The notes: generated by a model not told the origin, from the sequence alone. Shown: positions 1-13,444, counted from the stretch's first letter. The stretch: DNA of 64,000 nt from an uncultured Candidatus Babeliaceae bacterium (GCA_963704655.1 OY969927.1:64001-128000); one strand, 5' to 3'. Made by a program: numbers and translations.

Positions 1-522
1 AATCGTGAAAAAATTTTAGCAGTATTAAATAGCAACGTGAAAAGTGAATTAGAAGTGACAATGCCGAATGACAATACGCCGCGAATAATTATTTTTGATG
101 CCTCTTTGGGATATGCTCTTATATCAAAGGGTTTTGAAAGTAAATGTGGTGTCGGTGGTGGTTGTTACGGGGCAAGATCAGGTTTAAGTTATAAACGCCA
201 AAATTTTAAAACTGCATTTTCAATGGGCTCATGTTCACCAGTCCTAAAAGAGGTGGAAGAAAATTTCTCTGCTTTAAGGTATTTGCTTGAGAATCCTTTT
301 TATTCTCAGGATTGGCCTACATTTACTAAACTTGAAAAAATAGATTATAACACATTAATAACAGCGGTTATAGCGTGTGCCCAGCAAAAATTTAGTGAGG
401 CATCAAAAACAAAAATAGGTGCAGTTACGGTAGCTGATACCATAAAGATGAACTTAATTGTTGCAAGAGAACGTGGCGGCGAAGTTACTGCGTTCTTAAA
501 ATTTACTGAGCAAGAAAAATAA
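1..522 (+). CDS. hypothetical protein, 5' truncated by window edge
   Basis: Frame is open from base 1 (AAT CGT GAA AAA...) to TAA at 520-522; no recognisable motif. Confidence 0.6.
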   Translation, partial: NREKILAVLNSNVKSELEVTMPNDNTPRIIIFDASLGYALISKGFESKCGVGGGCYGARSGLSYKRQNFKTAFSMGSCSPVLKEVEENFSALRYLLENPFYSQDWPTFTKLEKIDYNTLITAVIACAQQKFSEASKTKIGAVTVADTIKMNLIVARERGGEVTAFLKFTEQEK

Positions 523-525
523 TTT

Positions 526-560
526 CAGGGCATCTATCAGGGCATCTAAAAGATGCCCTA
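526..560. terminator. hairpin between convergent genes, probable terminator
   Basis: GGGCATCT-AAA-AGATGCCC stem (540-558), preceded by a second copy of CAGGGCATCTA. Confidence 0.55.
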
Positions 561-569
561 TATCAAATA

Positions 570-905
570 TTACTTACTGCTTTCCTGACGTTTAATATAG
601 CTAGACGTAGTATGATCTGCTTCATGGAAGCGCACATCCTTAAGAGAGGGAAACTGCAGTTCGCATGTGCCGCATCTATTATGCTTTGATGCAAGATGTT
701 CTTTTAAATCTACTTCTTTTCTGGATTCAAGATTTTTTTCGCAGTACACACACCAAAAAACTGCTAATTGTGCTTGTGGTGTTTTGATCATGAATTTTTC
801 TATATTATCATCAGATACATATTGTTCAAAGTTAGAAGTTTTGGGTGTTGTTGCTGAAAGTGATAATGTTAACATTAAGGTTGAAAGAGAAAATATTTTT
901 TTCAT
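570..905 (-). CDS. secreted protein with two C2H2 zinc fingers
   Basis: Signal peptide MKKIFSLSTLMLTLSLSA; CVYC...HLASKH and CGTC-x3-F-x8-HEADH. Confidence 0.75.
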   Translation of the reverse strand: MKKIFSLSTLMLTLSLSATTPKTSNFEQYVSDDNIEKFMIKTPQAQLAVFWCVYCEKNLESRKEVDLKEHLASKHNRCGTCELQFPSLKDVRFHEADHTTSSYIKRQESSK

Positions 906-1065
906 AATGGTATTTTGTAGATAGGGTTAAAATAATTTTGATAAGTATAGCATTTGATTTTTAGATACGTGAATTTTTTTTTAATTTATTATGTATAAAG
1001 TTAATTTTTAAAAAGCATTTTTTCAAGTATACTAAAGACCATATAATTATTTTACTTAGGATTTT

Positions 1066-2670
1066 ATGGTTACTTTTTTTATTGTGCTGTTAACCCTTTT
1101 TCTTACACTTTTTTCAGTAGCGGTAATGAGTTTTATCGCCATGGCAGCACCCGTGGGCCCATGGATAGATGTCACTTTGGTATTATTGGGAATGCTCTTT
1201 GTGAAAGTTTTTTTTAGAAAATTAAGCACTTTTAAAACAGCTGAAATTCTTGGTTATTCAACAGCAGCAAGTGCTATTGGTGGAAGTGTTGCAACAGCAT
1301 GTGGTTTTGGTTTTCCCACATTATATTTTTTAAAACCTGATATTTTCGCTGCATTATTAGAAAACCCCATTCAGTTTATAAGTTTAATAAGTGCACTTAT
1401 TATTGTAGCAGGTGGGCTTGGCATGATTATAGCACATGCATGGGCTCCAACATTTCTTGCTGATACTACTATGAATTTTCCCATCGGGCAGATGACGTAT
1501 AGTTTAATGAGTGTGGGCAATAATATTCATAAAGCATATGAATTAATGGCGGGTCTTCTGAGTGCTGCGGCATTTAGCGTTATCCAAATAGTTACTCAAG
1601 TAATACCTAAAAAGTTTATGTTATTAAAGCAATACTCTTTCGGGTATTGGGTTTTGCCGCAAATAATTCTGCGGCCAGATTGGATATTTATGTTGATCGC
1701 GATCGGCTTTGTAACGGGGCATGTTATCGCTATCCCATTAGCTGTGGGTGTCTTGATAAAGTTTTTAGCCGCTGATCCACTACACCAAAACTTTTTTTGC
1801 ACTTTGCCTGTGGATGATTTTTTCTTTGCTTTTTGCAGCGGCATAATGATCCAAAGTACTTTTTTGAGCTTGCTTGAATTTCCACACTATATTTATTCTT
1901 TTTTCAAAAAAAATACCACCAGTTCGCGAGCACTTTTTGACCATATACAGCTAGGGTATATTCAAGCAGGTTTAGGTATTATTTTTTTAGCAGCAACGGT
2001 ACTATTTTTCAGTGTGCTTAATTTTTCATTGCTATCACAATTCTATTTAGTATCACTTACTGCACTTTTTACGTACCAGATTGCAATTATCGGGGGCAAA
2101 ACGGGCCTGGCGCCTATTGGAAGATTTGCAACGTGGGTTATGGTCCCCTTTTTAATGCTTTTTGGTTTTGATGCATTACAGGTTACTGTGGTTGCGACAT
2201 TTGTAGAGATTAGCGGCATGGTTGTGGTTGATACATTGTTTGGCAGAAAGATGGCCCAATTGGCATCTCTTGATAATAAAAAAATGATACTGTATCAGAT
2301 AGGTGGTTTAATTTTGAGCGCGTTATTAGTAGGTCTGATTTTTTGGTTACTTATAACGCATTTCGGACTAGGTGCAACTTCGCCTTTAATTGCACAACGT
2401 TGCCAAGCCCGCGCATTATTAATTAATGCAAGTGGCTTTGATCTTAAGGTTATGCTTCTGGGTATAGCGTGTGGCTTTGGCCTTAAATTTATAAAAATTA
2501 ATTCAACATTGGTCTTAGGCGGGTTATTATTGCCAATCGATTTTTCATTACTCTTAATTATCGGTGGCTTATCGACCTATTTAGTAAAAGACAGAGAAGC
2601 CTACACCCCCTTCTGGTCGGGAGTTTTTGCGGCGAGTGCACTATTTATGCTTTTAAAGACGTTATTATAA
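1066..2670 (+). CDS. OPT/YSL family oligopeptide transporter
   Basis: 534 aa polytopic membrane protein; FPTLYF, MNFPIG, GKTGLAPIG and AQRCQARALL segments resemble the OPT superfamily. Confidence 0.7.
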   Translation: MVTFFIVLLTLFLTLFSVAVMSFIAMAAPVGPWIDVTLVLLGMLFVKVFFRKLSTFKTAEILGYSTAASAIGGSVATACGFGFPTLYFLKPDIFAALLENPIQFISLISALIIVAGGLGMIIAHAWAPTFLADTTMNFPIGQMTYSLMSVGNNIHKAYELMAGLLSAAAFSVIQIVTQVIPKKFMLLKQYSFGYWVLPQIILRPDWIFMLIAIGFVTGHVIAIPLAVGVLIKFLAADPLHQNFFCTLPVDDFFFAFCSGIMIQSTFLSLLEFPHYIYSFFKKNTTSSRALFDHIQLGYIQAGLGIIFLAATVLFFSVLNFSLLSQFYLVSLTALFTYQIAIIGGKTGLAPIGRFATWVMVPFLMLFGFDALQVTVVATFVEISGMVVVDTLFGRKMAQLASLDNKKMILYQIGGLILSALLVGLIFWLLITHFGLGATSPLIAQRCQARALLINASGFDLKVMLLGIACGFGLKFIKINSTLVLGGLLLPIDFSLLLIIGGLSTYLVKDREAYTPFWSGVFAASALFMLLKTLL

Positions 2671-2687
2671 ATAAGTGAATACATTTT

Positions 2688-2740
2688 GGCCTGTCCGCCA
2701 TAGCTTGCCATGCCTGAAGGCGTGGATAAGCGAAGGCTGG
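2688..2740. repeat. GC-rich palindromic REP/MITE-like element, copy 1
   Basis: GGCCTGTCCGCCATAGCTTGCC...GGATAAGCGAAGGC; its reverse complement aligns with 33780-33828 and its ends match 26066-26097. Confidence 0.6.
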
Positions 2741-2741
2741 A

Positions 2742-2795
2742 TCGGGAGTTTTTGCGGCGAGTGCATTATTTATGTTATTAAAAACGTTACTATAA
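2742..2795 (+). repeat. duplicate of the last 18 codons of the OPT gene
   Basis: Copy of 2617-2670 with 5 substitutions; both encode SGVFAASALFMLLKTLL*. Confidence 0.85.
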
Positions 2796-2822
2796 AAAAG
2801 GCCCGATTTTCCGGGCCTTGTA
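2796..2822. terminator. rho-independent terminator
   Basis: AAGGCCCG-ATTTTC-CGGGCCTT with an A-tract on the left (U-tract on the minus strand). Confidence 0.65.
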
Positions 2823-2827
2823 ATTTC

Positions 2828-3337
2828 TTAATCAAGAATATCCATTTGGCGGTCGAGCAACCTATCAAAATAGGTAGGGTGTTTCACAGAATTCAGTGCC
2901 GGAGGAGTTGGTTGAGGTGCTACTGGTTGTGGAGCTGGTGCAATGTATGGTGCGGGCTTTGCAACAACAACAGGTTTATAAACAACTGGCTCATACACAG
3001 CTGTTGTATACACAACTGGTTGATGAATAACGGGTTGGACATAAGTTGTCGTTTTTGGGCTTGAATAATAGGTTGTTGTAGAGCAATGGTAGTTATCATC
3101 GTCTTTTTGCTCTTCTTTTTCATATTCAGTTTCTTCTTCTTTCTCAATGTTGCGTTTATTGAGTTCTGCATAGAGTTCAAAAGTTACATACGCAACTACA
3201 GTAGTAAGTAACGTAAAACCAAGTATTTCAGTTTTATTTTTTGAAGCAAAATCTATAAAGGCTTGGTACGCTGGCTGCACTGCAGATAATTGCACGCAAG
3301 AAATCAGCGCAGCGAATAATAAAAATTGTTTTTTCAT
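2828..3337 (-). CDS. exported/membrane protein, paralog 1 of MKKQ family, Pro/Val-rich
   Basis: Signal peptide, one TM segment, C-terminal PTYFDRLLDRQMDILD shared with 3833..4381. Confidence 0.7.
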   Translation of the reverse strand: MKKQFLLFAALISCVQLSAVQPAYQAFIDFASKNKTEILGFTLLTTVVAYVTFELYAELNKRNIEKEEETEYEKEEQKDDDNYHCSTTTYYSSPKTTTYVQPVIHQPVVYTTAVYEPVVYKPVVVAKPAPYIAPAPQPVAPQPTPPALNSVKHPTYFDRLLDRQMDILD

Positions 3338-3382
3338 AATAATCGTTCAGGTTTAAAATTGGTTAGATAGTAGATTGTTATA

Positions 3383-3412
3383 GAAAAGGCCCCCTTAAAA
3401 AGAGGACCTTTT
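3383..3412 (-). terminator. rho-independent terminator
   Basis: AAAAGGCCCC...GAGGACCTTTT imperfect hairpin downstream of the 3440 gene. Confidence 0.5.
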
Positions 3413-3439
3413 TGTAAACCTTGGTTCAGTATTTCTTTT

Positions 3440-3745
3440 TTAAGAAAGAGGCTGAGAATTCAATTGTTCTTGTGTAGGAAAAGAAGTACCATATTGAAAG
3501 AAATATGATTCACGTTCTTCTTGAGGTTTTAGTGAAGGATCACATACATATTCTGGATCTGTGAAAATTTTATATGCAACAAGAGTAACGAGTCCAAAAA
3601 CGAATGTTGATACTGCCAAACCTGCAACAGTGCTGTTAAGCGCTGCTTTAACGACTTCTTGTGAAGCTTGAACATTTACAGTAGTTGATGCTGAAACATG
3701 TGCGCATGAAATTAATGCGATGAGTAATAAAACTTGTTTTTTCAT
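3440..3745 (-). CDS. exported/membrane protein, paralog 2 of MKKQ family
   Basis: Start re-placed at MKKQVLLLIALISC; FFQYGTSFPTQEQ shared with 3833..4381. Confidence 0.7.
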   Translation of the reverse strand: MKKQVLLLIALISCAHVSASTTVNVQASQEVVKAALNSTVAGLAVSTFVFGLVTLVAYKIFTDPEYVCDPSLKPQEERESYFFQYGTSFPTQEQLNSQPLS

Positions 3746-3790
3746 AATAGCCTTTTTAGGTGTATATGTGGTTAATAATTTAATGGGCAT

Positions 3791-3818
3791 AAAAAAGGCC
3801 CCCTTTAGAGGGGCCTTT
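3791..3818 (-). terminator. rho-independent terminator
   Basis: AAAAAAGGCCCC...GGGGCCTTT hairpin just after the 3833 stop. Confidence 0.7.
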
Positions 3819-3832
3819 AATAAATTTCTTAA

Positions 3833-4381
3833 TTACTCAAGAACTTCCATTTGTTGTTTAACTATGTTGTCAAAATATGTAGGTTCGTTAAGTGATTCCA
3901 TTACGCGTTCAGCAAGGGTAGCAAGTGTTGATTTTTCAACAATTGGAGTTGCTTCTTGTGCTGGAGCAGCAACTGGAGCAGTCACAACTGGTGCACTTAC
4001 TTGAGCTTCAGGCGCAACAGTTGTTGCTACTGGAGCTGGGGTAACAACAGGAGTTTTTGCTAAAGGTAATTCTTTAGAATGCTTTTGTTCTGCTGTTGGG
4101 AAAGAAGTACCATATTTGAAGAAATCTGATTCCCCTTCTTTTTTAGCTTCTTTCAATACAGGGTTATTTGTGTAACCACCATTAGCATAGAATTTGTATA
4201 TTACTAATGCAGTTGCAGCTAAGAATAATGAAGCAGCAATGGTTCTGTGGTTATTAAGTGTAGTTAAAGCTTGGAAGTTGATAGTTGGTAAAGTTGGCAA
4301 GCTCATAGATGGTAAGCTATACGCCGCAGAAGCATTCATAGAAAAAGCTAATGCAACGAGCAATAATGCTTGTTTTTTCAT
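3833..4381 (-). CDS. exported/membrane protein, paralog 3 of MKKQ family, Pro/Ala/Thr linker
   Basis: Signal peptide, TM segment, FFKYGTSFPTAEQ, and C-terminal PTYFDNIVKQQMEVLE. Confidence 0.7.
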   Translation of the reverse strand: MKKQALLLVALAFSMNASAAYSLPSMSLPTLPTINFQALTTLNNHRTIAASLFLAATALVIYKFYANGGYTNNPVLKEAKKEGESDFFKYGTSFPTAEQKHSKELPLAKTPVVTPAPVATTVAPEAQVSAPVVTAPVAAPAQEATPIVEKSTLATLAERVMESLNEPTYFDNIVKQQMEVLE

Positions 4382-4493
4382 ATTTAATCCTTACAAATAG
4401 ATATTAAAGTAACATTTATAAGTTTAACTATTACTAGAGCTTTGTCAAGAGCCCCCTATACTCAGGAGGCCTTTGGATGTTGTCTTTTTCTAT

Positions 4494-5216
4494 TTATCGA
4501 ATGATTATGGTGCTGCTATAGGGTCTATAGCTATTAAAAGCCTGTGTTTGCTGGGCAAGGGCCATTTTTTCCATAGCTTGTTGTTTTTCTATTTGCACTT
4601 GAAGATTAACGGCGTCCATGTATTCTGGGGTACTTTTGATAATGAGAAGGGTTTCTGTTATAAGTTCAATTGCTTTTTGTGAAAGTTCTATTTGCTCTTC
4701 TAAAAGTGTGCAGTAAGAATCATTCTTATAACAGGCAAGGCTATAAAATTTCAAAAGTAGGCGTGATTCTTCAAGGATTGATCGATATTGCTTTTTTAAC
4801 CTCGTGATATCTTCAAATGCATCATAGTAAGGATTTCTTGCATCTATGTAATACATTGAGATTAGGCGCATTAAGTTGTTTACCATAGAAAATGGTGCTT
4901 CGACTTTGAATGATTCCATAATAAGGGTAAATAGATTGTTATTCCATGCGGCTTTGAAAGAGTTTTTATTTGTATTCATGCGGCTTTCAGGGCGCATTGT
5001 CATGTAATAGCTTGTACCAGAAGCAGCTGCCAGGGCATAGAATATTCCCTTAACCCAAGGTTTATTTTCTTCATAAACGCACAATTGAGAAAATGCGTAT
5101 CCCGCAAAAACGATACTCCCTGTAAGAAGGCCTGTTTCTGTGTAGAGGTTCTTATAAGAAATTTCTGCATTCAGAGAGCTTGTGCATGCAAAAATAAGTA
5201 ATGAAAGACGCTTCAT
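4494..5216 (-). CDS. hypothetical exported/membrane protein
   Basis: 240 aa ORF, signal peptide, two hydrophobic segments, helical C-terminus. Confidence 0.65.
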   Translation of the reverse strand: MKRLSLLIFACTSSLNAEISYKNLYTETGLLTGSIVFAGYAFSQLCVYEENKPWVKGIFYALAAASGTSYYMTMRPESRMNTNKNSFKAAWNNNLFTLIMESFKVEAPFSMVNNLMRLISMYYIDARNPYYDAFEDITRLKKQYRSILEESRLLLKFYSLACYKNDSYCTLLEEQIELSQKAIELITETLLIIKSTPEYMDAVNLQVQIEKQQAMEKMALAQQTQAFNSYRPYSSTIIIR

Positions 5217-5289
5217 CGTGAATCCTGTTGTTTGAAAAGTTTAAAAATACTTTTGTAACTATATACCAAAAAAGGATAAAGTAATACTC

Positions 5290-6375
5290 TTATTCTGTTT
5301 GGGAACGAATAAGTTCTGCCTCGATAAAGTCAACTAAATCGCCATCAAGCACCAGCTCTGGTTGCGGTGATTCAAAGTCGGTTCTGTGATCTTTTACCAT
5401 TTTATAGGGGTGTAATACATATGAGCGAATCTGAGATCCCCACTCAATTTTTTTTCGCTCAGCAGAATAGAGTCTAGCTTGTGCATCTTCTTTTTCTTTT
5501 TGAACAAGCTTTGCCATAAGCATCTTCATGCCAGTTTCTTTATTTTGCGTTTGCGAGCGTTCATTTTGGCACTGAACCACTATTCCAGAAGGAGCATGGG
5601 TTATGCGTATAGCTGATTCTGTTTTATTAACATGCTGTCCCCCTGCGCCGCCAGCACGGAAGGTGTCTATACGTAAATCATTTGGGTTAATAACAATAGT
5701 CGCTTGTGATGTTTCGGGTGTAACAAAAACGCCTGCAAATGACGTATGCCTGCGTTTATTTGCATCAAATGGGGAAATTCGAACAAGTCTATGGATGCCT
5801 TGCTCATTTTTGAGCATGCCGTAAGCATTTTTGCCTTTAATATATAAGGTGCCAGATTTGATACCTGCGCCTTCACCGACTTGATAATCTAAAACGGTGC
5901 AAGAAAACTTTTCCCGTTCACAAAAACGGACATACATCCGCAAAAGCATCTCTGACCAATCTTGTGATTCTGTTCCGCCCGCGCCTGCATTTATGCTTAA
6001 AAAGCAGTTTTCATCATCATCTTCTTTATTGAGTAGTAGGGCGATTTTGAAATTTTTAATATTCCTGCAATGTTTTGCGATATCTACTTTAATTGACTCG
6101 AGTGTCTCTTGATCATCTTTAAATAAGACAAGCAGATCATCGAGTTCTTTTTGAGTGCTTTGTATTGCATCAAATGTTTCTTTTAATGTACGAATTTTTT
6201 GTAATTGCTGTGAAATAGTGATCTGCTGGGGATTTTTCCAAAAATCTTCTTGTTTGCTTAAAGCAGAAAGCCGTTCAAACTCTTTCTCATTTTGTGAATT
6301 TTCCCAAAAAGTTTGAATAGTCTTTAAATCGGGCTCTGCGCCTTTTAGCTGTTCTTTTAAATCATCAATAATCAT
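5290..6375 (-). CDS. prfB: peptide chain release factor 2
   Basis: GAGGTESQDW, RISPF (SPF anticodon mimic), GGQ motif, IEWGSQIRSY. Confidence 0.97.
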   Translation of the reverse strand: MIIDDLKEQLKGAEPDLKTIQTFWENSQNEKEFERLSALSKQEDFWKNPQQITISQQLQKIRTLKETFDAIQSTQKELDDLLVLFKDDQETLESIKVDIAKHCRNIKNFKIALLLNKEDDDENCFLSINAGAGGTESQDWSEMLLRMYVRFCEREKFSCTVLDYQVGEGAGIKSGTLYIKGKNAYGMLKNEQGIHRLVRISPFDANKRRHTSFAGVFVTPETSQATIVINPNDLRIDTFRAGGAGGQHVNKTESAIRITHAPSGIVVQCQNERSQTQNKETGMKMLMAKLVQKEKEDAQARLYSAERKKIEWGSQIRSYVLHPYKMVKDHRTDFESPQPELVLDGDLVDFIEAELIRSQTE

Positions 6376-6433
6376 ATAATATCCTAGTGTAATTATAGAT
6401 AGTATATCTTATAGATGATATAAGCAAAAATAG

Positions 6434-6739
6434 TTATTTAATTAGTGCAAAAATTGCGCAACCCAAAGTTGCAATACCAGCAGTATGTCCAACAATAGCA
6501 GATGGACCTACTAAACTAAGTGCGTCAGATTCAGAAGGACCAAGCGCGAGGGCAAAGAAAAGTGCATATTGTCCTATAACAGGAACTAACCCTGTTGTGT
6601 AACCTACTAGGAAACCTAAAGTTGCACACTCTATCTTGTTTTTTAATGTTCCATTTTCATCGTCATAGCCAGCTTTAATGCCTTCTGGTGCTAATAACGT
6701 TAAAGAAAGAGCGTATAATACTAATTTTTTTAAATTCAT
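6434..6739 (-). CDS. small hypothetical membrane protein
   Basis: Signal peptide plus Gly-rich hydrophobic segments. Confidence 0.55.
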   Translation of the reverse strand: MNLKKLVLYALSLTLLAPEGIKAGYDDENGTLKNKIECATLGFLVGYTTGLVPVIGQYALFFALALGPSESDALSLVGPSAIVGHTAGIATLGCAIFALIK

Positions 6740-6860
6740 TATTTTCCTTAAATTGATTAAAATTATATTAATATTATGAGATTTTTATTAAAAAACGTCA
6801 ATTTGTGATTTATTAACTTTTTTTGACTTTTTAAAAAATAGCGCTATTTATACATATATA

Positions 6861-6897
6861 AAAAAAAGGGGCGTTGATAATCACAGGGCCCCTTTTA
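6861..6897 (-). terminator. terminator downstream of sodA
   Basis: AAAAAAAAGGGGC...GCCCCTTTT hairpin. Confidence 0.55.
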
Positions 6898-6906
6898 GTG
6901 CGATTT

Positions 6907-7584
6907 TTATAAAATTGCTTTGTTATAGTTGTCTTCCACAAATGGCCAGTTTACCACGTTCCACCAGGCATCTATGTATGAAGCACGCTTGTTTTTGTGC
7001 TTAAGGTAATAAGCATGTTCCCAGACATCCAGGCCTAATAGGGGAATAATCCCTTGCATAAGAGGTGAATCTTGGTTTGGGGTGCTGATAATTACCAGTT
7101 TATTGTTAATTGCGTTAAGGCACAGCCATGCCCAGCCGCTGCCGAATACTTTCTTTGCCGCCTCATTAAATTGATTTTTGAACGCATCAAGTGATCCGAA
7201 CTGTTTTTTAAGTACTTTTAAGAGCTTGTTTGATGGTTTAGTCTTATTCGGGGCCATGCAGTGCCAGAAAAAAGTATGGTTTAAGTGGCCCCCGCCATTA
7301 TTACGCACGGTGGTTTTAATATCATTTGGAATCTTTTCAAGCATGGTGAGCAGTTGAGGCAGGGTAAAGCGTTGTAATTCGGGACGGTCCTTCAGCGCGT
7401 CATTAAGATTTTTTACATATGCCGCATGGTGACCTTCGTAATGAACCTGCATGGTTTGGGAGTCAATATGCGGCTCAAGAGCATTAAAAGCATATCCAAG
7501 TGGTTCAAGCACAAAAGGATAACGTTGATCTGGATATATAAAAGAAGTGGTTAATAAGATAAGAAAATGCATGAATTTATTCAT
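6907..7584 (-). CDS. sodA: Fe/Mn superoxide dismutase, Mn-type signature, with N-terminal hydrophobic leader
   Basis: HYEGHH, NNGGGHLNH, FGSGWAWL, NQD, DVWEHAYY; start at MNKFMHF after an AAGGAG RBS. Confidence 0.93.
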   Translation of the reverse strand: MNKFMHFLILLTTSFIYPDQRYPFVLEPLGYAFNALEPHIDSQTMQVHYEGHHAAYVKNLNDALKDRPELQRFTLPQLLTMLEKIPNDIKTTVRNNGGGHLNHTFFWHCMAPNKTKPSNKLLKVLKKQFGSLDAFKNQFNEAAKKVFGSGWAWLCLNAINNKLVIISTPNQDSPLMQGIIPLLGLDVWEHAYYLKHKNKRASYIDAWWNVVNWPFVEDNYNKAIL

Positions 7585-7728
7585 AAAGGCTCCTTTATAA
7601 GCATTAAACATTAAAACTTTTATGAAAATTATAACTTGTGTGTGAAGCGAAAAGATAGATCTGATCGCATTAATCAAAATTGTATTGTAAGTATCGTATA
7701 AATTCTTAAAATAAGTTCAAATTTTTTG

Positions 7729-7756
7729 TTGACAGTTGCTCTGTGGACTGTATAAT
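7729..7756 (+). promoter_or_regulatory. rRNA promoter P1 (sigma70)
   Basis: TTGACA-16 bp-TATAAT. Confidence 0.85.
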
Positions 7757-7848
7757 TATCTACAGTAATTGAATTAACCGACATCAAAAGCAACAGCCAG
7801 AGCGAACAAAGTTTCTGAAAAAGAAAATAAAAAGATCTGAAAAAACAG

Positions 7849-7876
7849 TTGACAAGATAAATTAAATCGGTAGAAT
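7849..7876 (+). promoter_or_regulatory. rRNA promoter P2 (sigma70)
   Basis: TTGACA-16 bp-TAGAAT with an upstream A-rich UP-like tract. Confidence 0.85.
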
Positions 7877-7976
7877 TAATAACACAATTTGAATTAACGA
7901 ATGAAACGGCGTAAACGCCACTAGTCAGATCGACTAATTTCTCTCAAAAAAGAAATTAAGAAAATTTGAAAAAAAG

Positions 7977-8004
7977 TTGACAAGATCATTTAAATCGTTA
8001 GAAT
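7977..8004 (+). promoter_or_regulatory. rRNA promoter P3 (sigma70)
   Basis: TTGACA-16 bp-TAGAAT, near-copy of P2. Confidence 0.85.
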
Positions 8005-8179
8005 TTATAACATGATTTGAATTTCGGAATCAACCTATTCGTGTTCTTGAAAATGAAGTAGTAATTAAAAAAGTTTTTTGTCTTTGACATATACAGAATT
8101 AAGTTGCAAGTAATGAACTTGCAATTCTTTAAAAATTTGATTTATGAATTCTTGCGATCAACTCCATACAATATATTTT

Positions 8180-9723
<1,544 letters not shown>

Positions 9724-9840
9724 GAGGGAGATTCTTTAGCTGATCGGAAACGATTAGCAATTCTTAATCTTAATTAATTTTAAGGTGTGTTTGAGTGATC
9801 GCAAGAATTCATAAATCATAAAATTTTAGATAGTTTGACT

Positions 9841-9917
9841 GGGCCTATAGCTCAGCTGGTTAGAGCACCCCGCTGATAACGGGGAGGTCAGTCGTTCGAG
9901 TCGACTTAGGCCCACCA
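9841..9917 (+). tRNA. tRNA-Ile(GAT)
   Basis: Cloverleaf, anticodon loop CTGATAA, encoded CCA, in the rRNA spacer. Confidence 0.97.
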
Positions 9918-9941
9918 GGGTCTAGTCTGTCCGCCTTATAA

Positions 9942-10018
9942 GGGGATGTAGCTCAGTTGGTAGAGCGTCCGCTTTGCAAGCGGAAGGTCATCGGTTCGAA
10001 TCCCGATCATCTCCACCA
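9942..10018 (+). tRNA. tRNA-Ala(TGC)
   Basis: GGGGATGTAGCTCAG start, loop TTTGCAA, encoded CCA. Confidence 0.97.
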
Positions 10019-10180
10019 ATTTAATAACTATCTGTTTAATTAAAGAAATCTGTATATATATCGTAAGACGTTTTAAAAAATTCTTATGTTCTTTGAAATA
10101 TTTGTAATGTAAATTAGCTGATGTAGTTGTAAAACTACTATCATTAAGTAAAGCATATTATCTCAGTTAATAAAATTTGT

Positions 10181-13186
<3,006 letters not shown>

Positions 13187-13286
13187 ACACTATAAATTTT
13201 ATTAACGATAAAAAAATTATCTTATTTTACATTACAAATATTTCAGAACATAAGTTGAAATTTTGGTTTTTAAGCCATTAAAGATT

Positions 13287-13402
13287 TCCTGGTGCGTATA
13301 GTTGTGGGGTCACACCCGTTCCCATTCCGAATACGGCAGTTAAGTCTACAACGTCGATGATACTTACCTGGTGACGGGTTGGAAAAGTAGATAGTGCCAG
13401 GA
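13287..13402 (+). rRNA. rrf: 5S ribosomal RNA, copy 1
   Basis: TCCTGGTG...CACCCGTTCCCATTCCGAA...TGCCAGGA directly after 23S. Confidence 0.96.
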
Positions 13403-13410
13403 TTAAATTT

Positions 13411-13444
13411 AAGCTCCAGCTCAAAAAGCTGGGGCTTTTTTTTT
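13411..13444 (+). terminator. rRNA operon terminator
   Basis: AAGCTCCAGC-TCAAAAA-GCTGGGGCTT followed by a T-run. Confidence 0.85.

Noticed and set aside
2675-3180. ORFs 2675..3064 and 2920..3180
   Set aside because: Alternative or antisense frames over the better supported 2828..3337 gene and the repeat
7729-8025. CRISPR-like periodic repeats
   Set aside because: The units are promoter boxes at 120-128 bp spacing, degenerate, and there are no cas genes
9990-10008. 8-nt T-loop in tRNA-Ala
   Set aside because: A single extra C in a short run cannot be distinguished from a sequencing error
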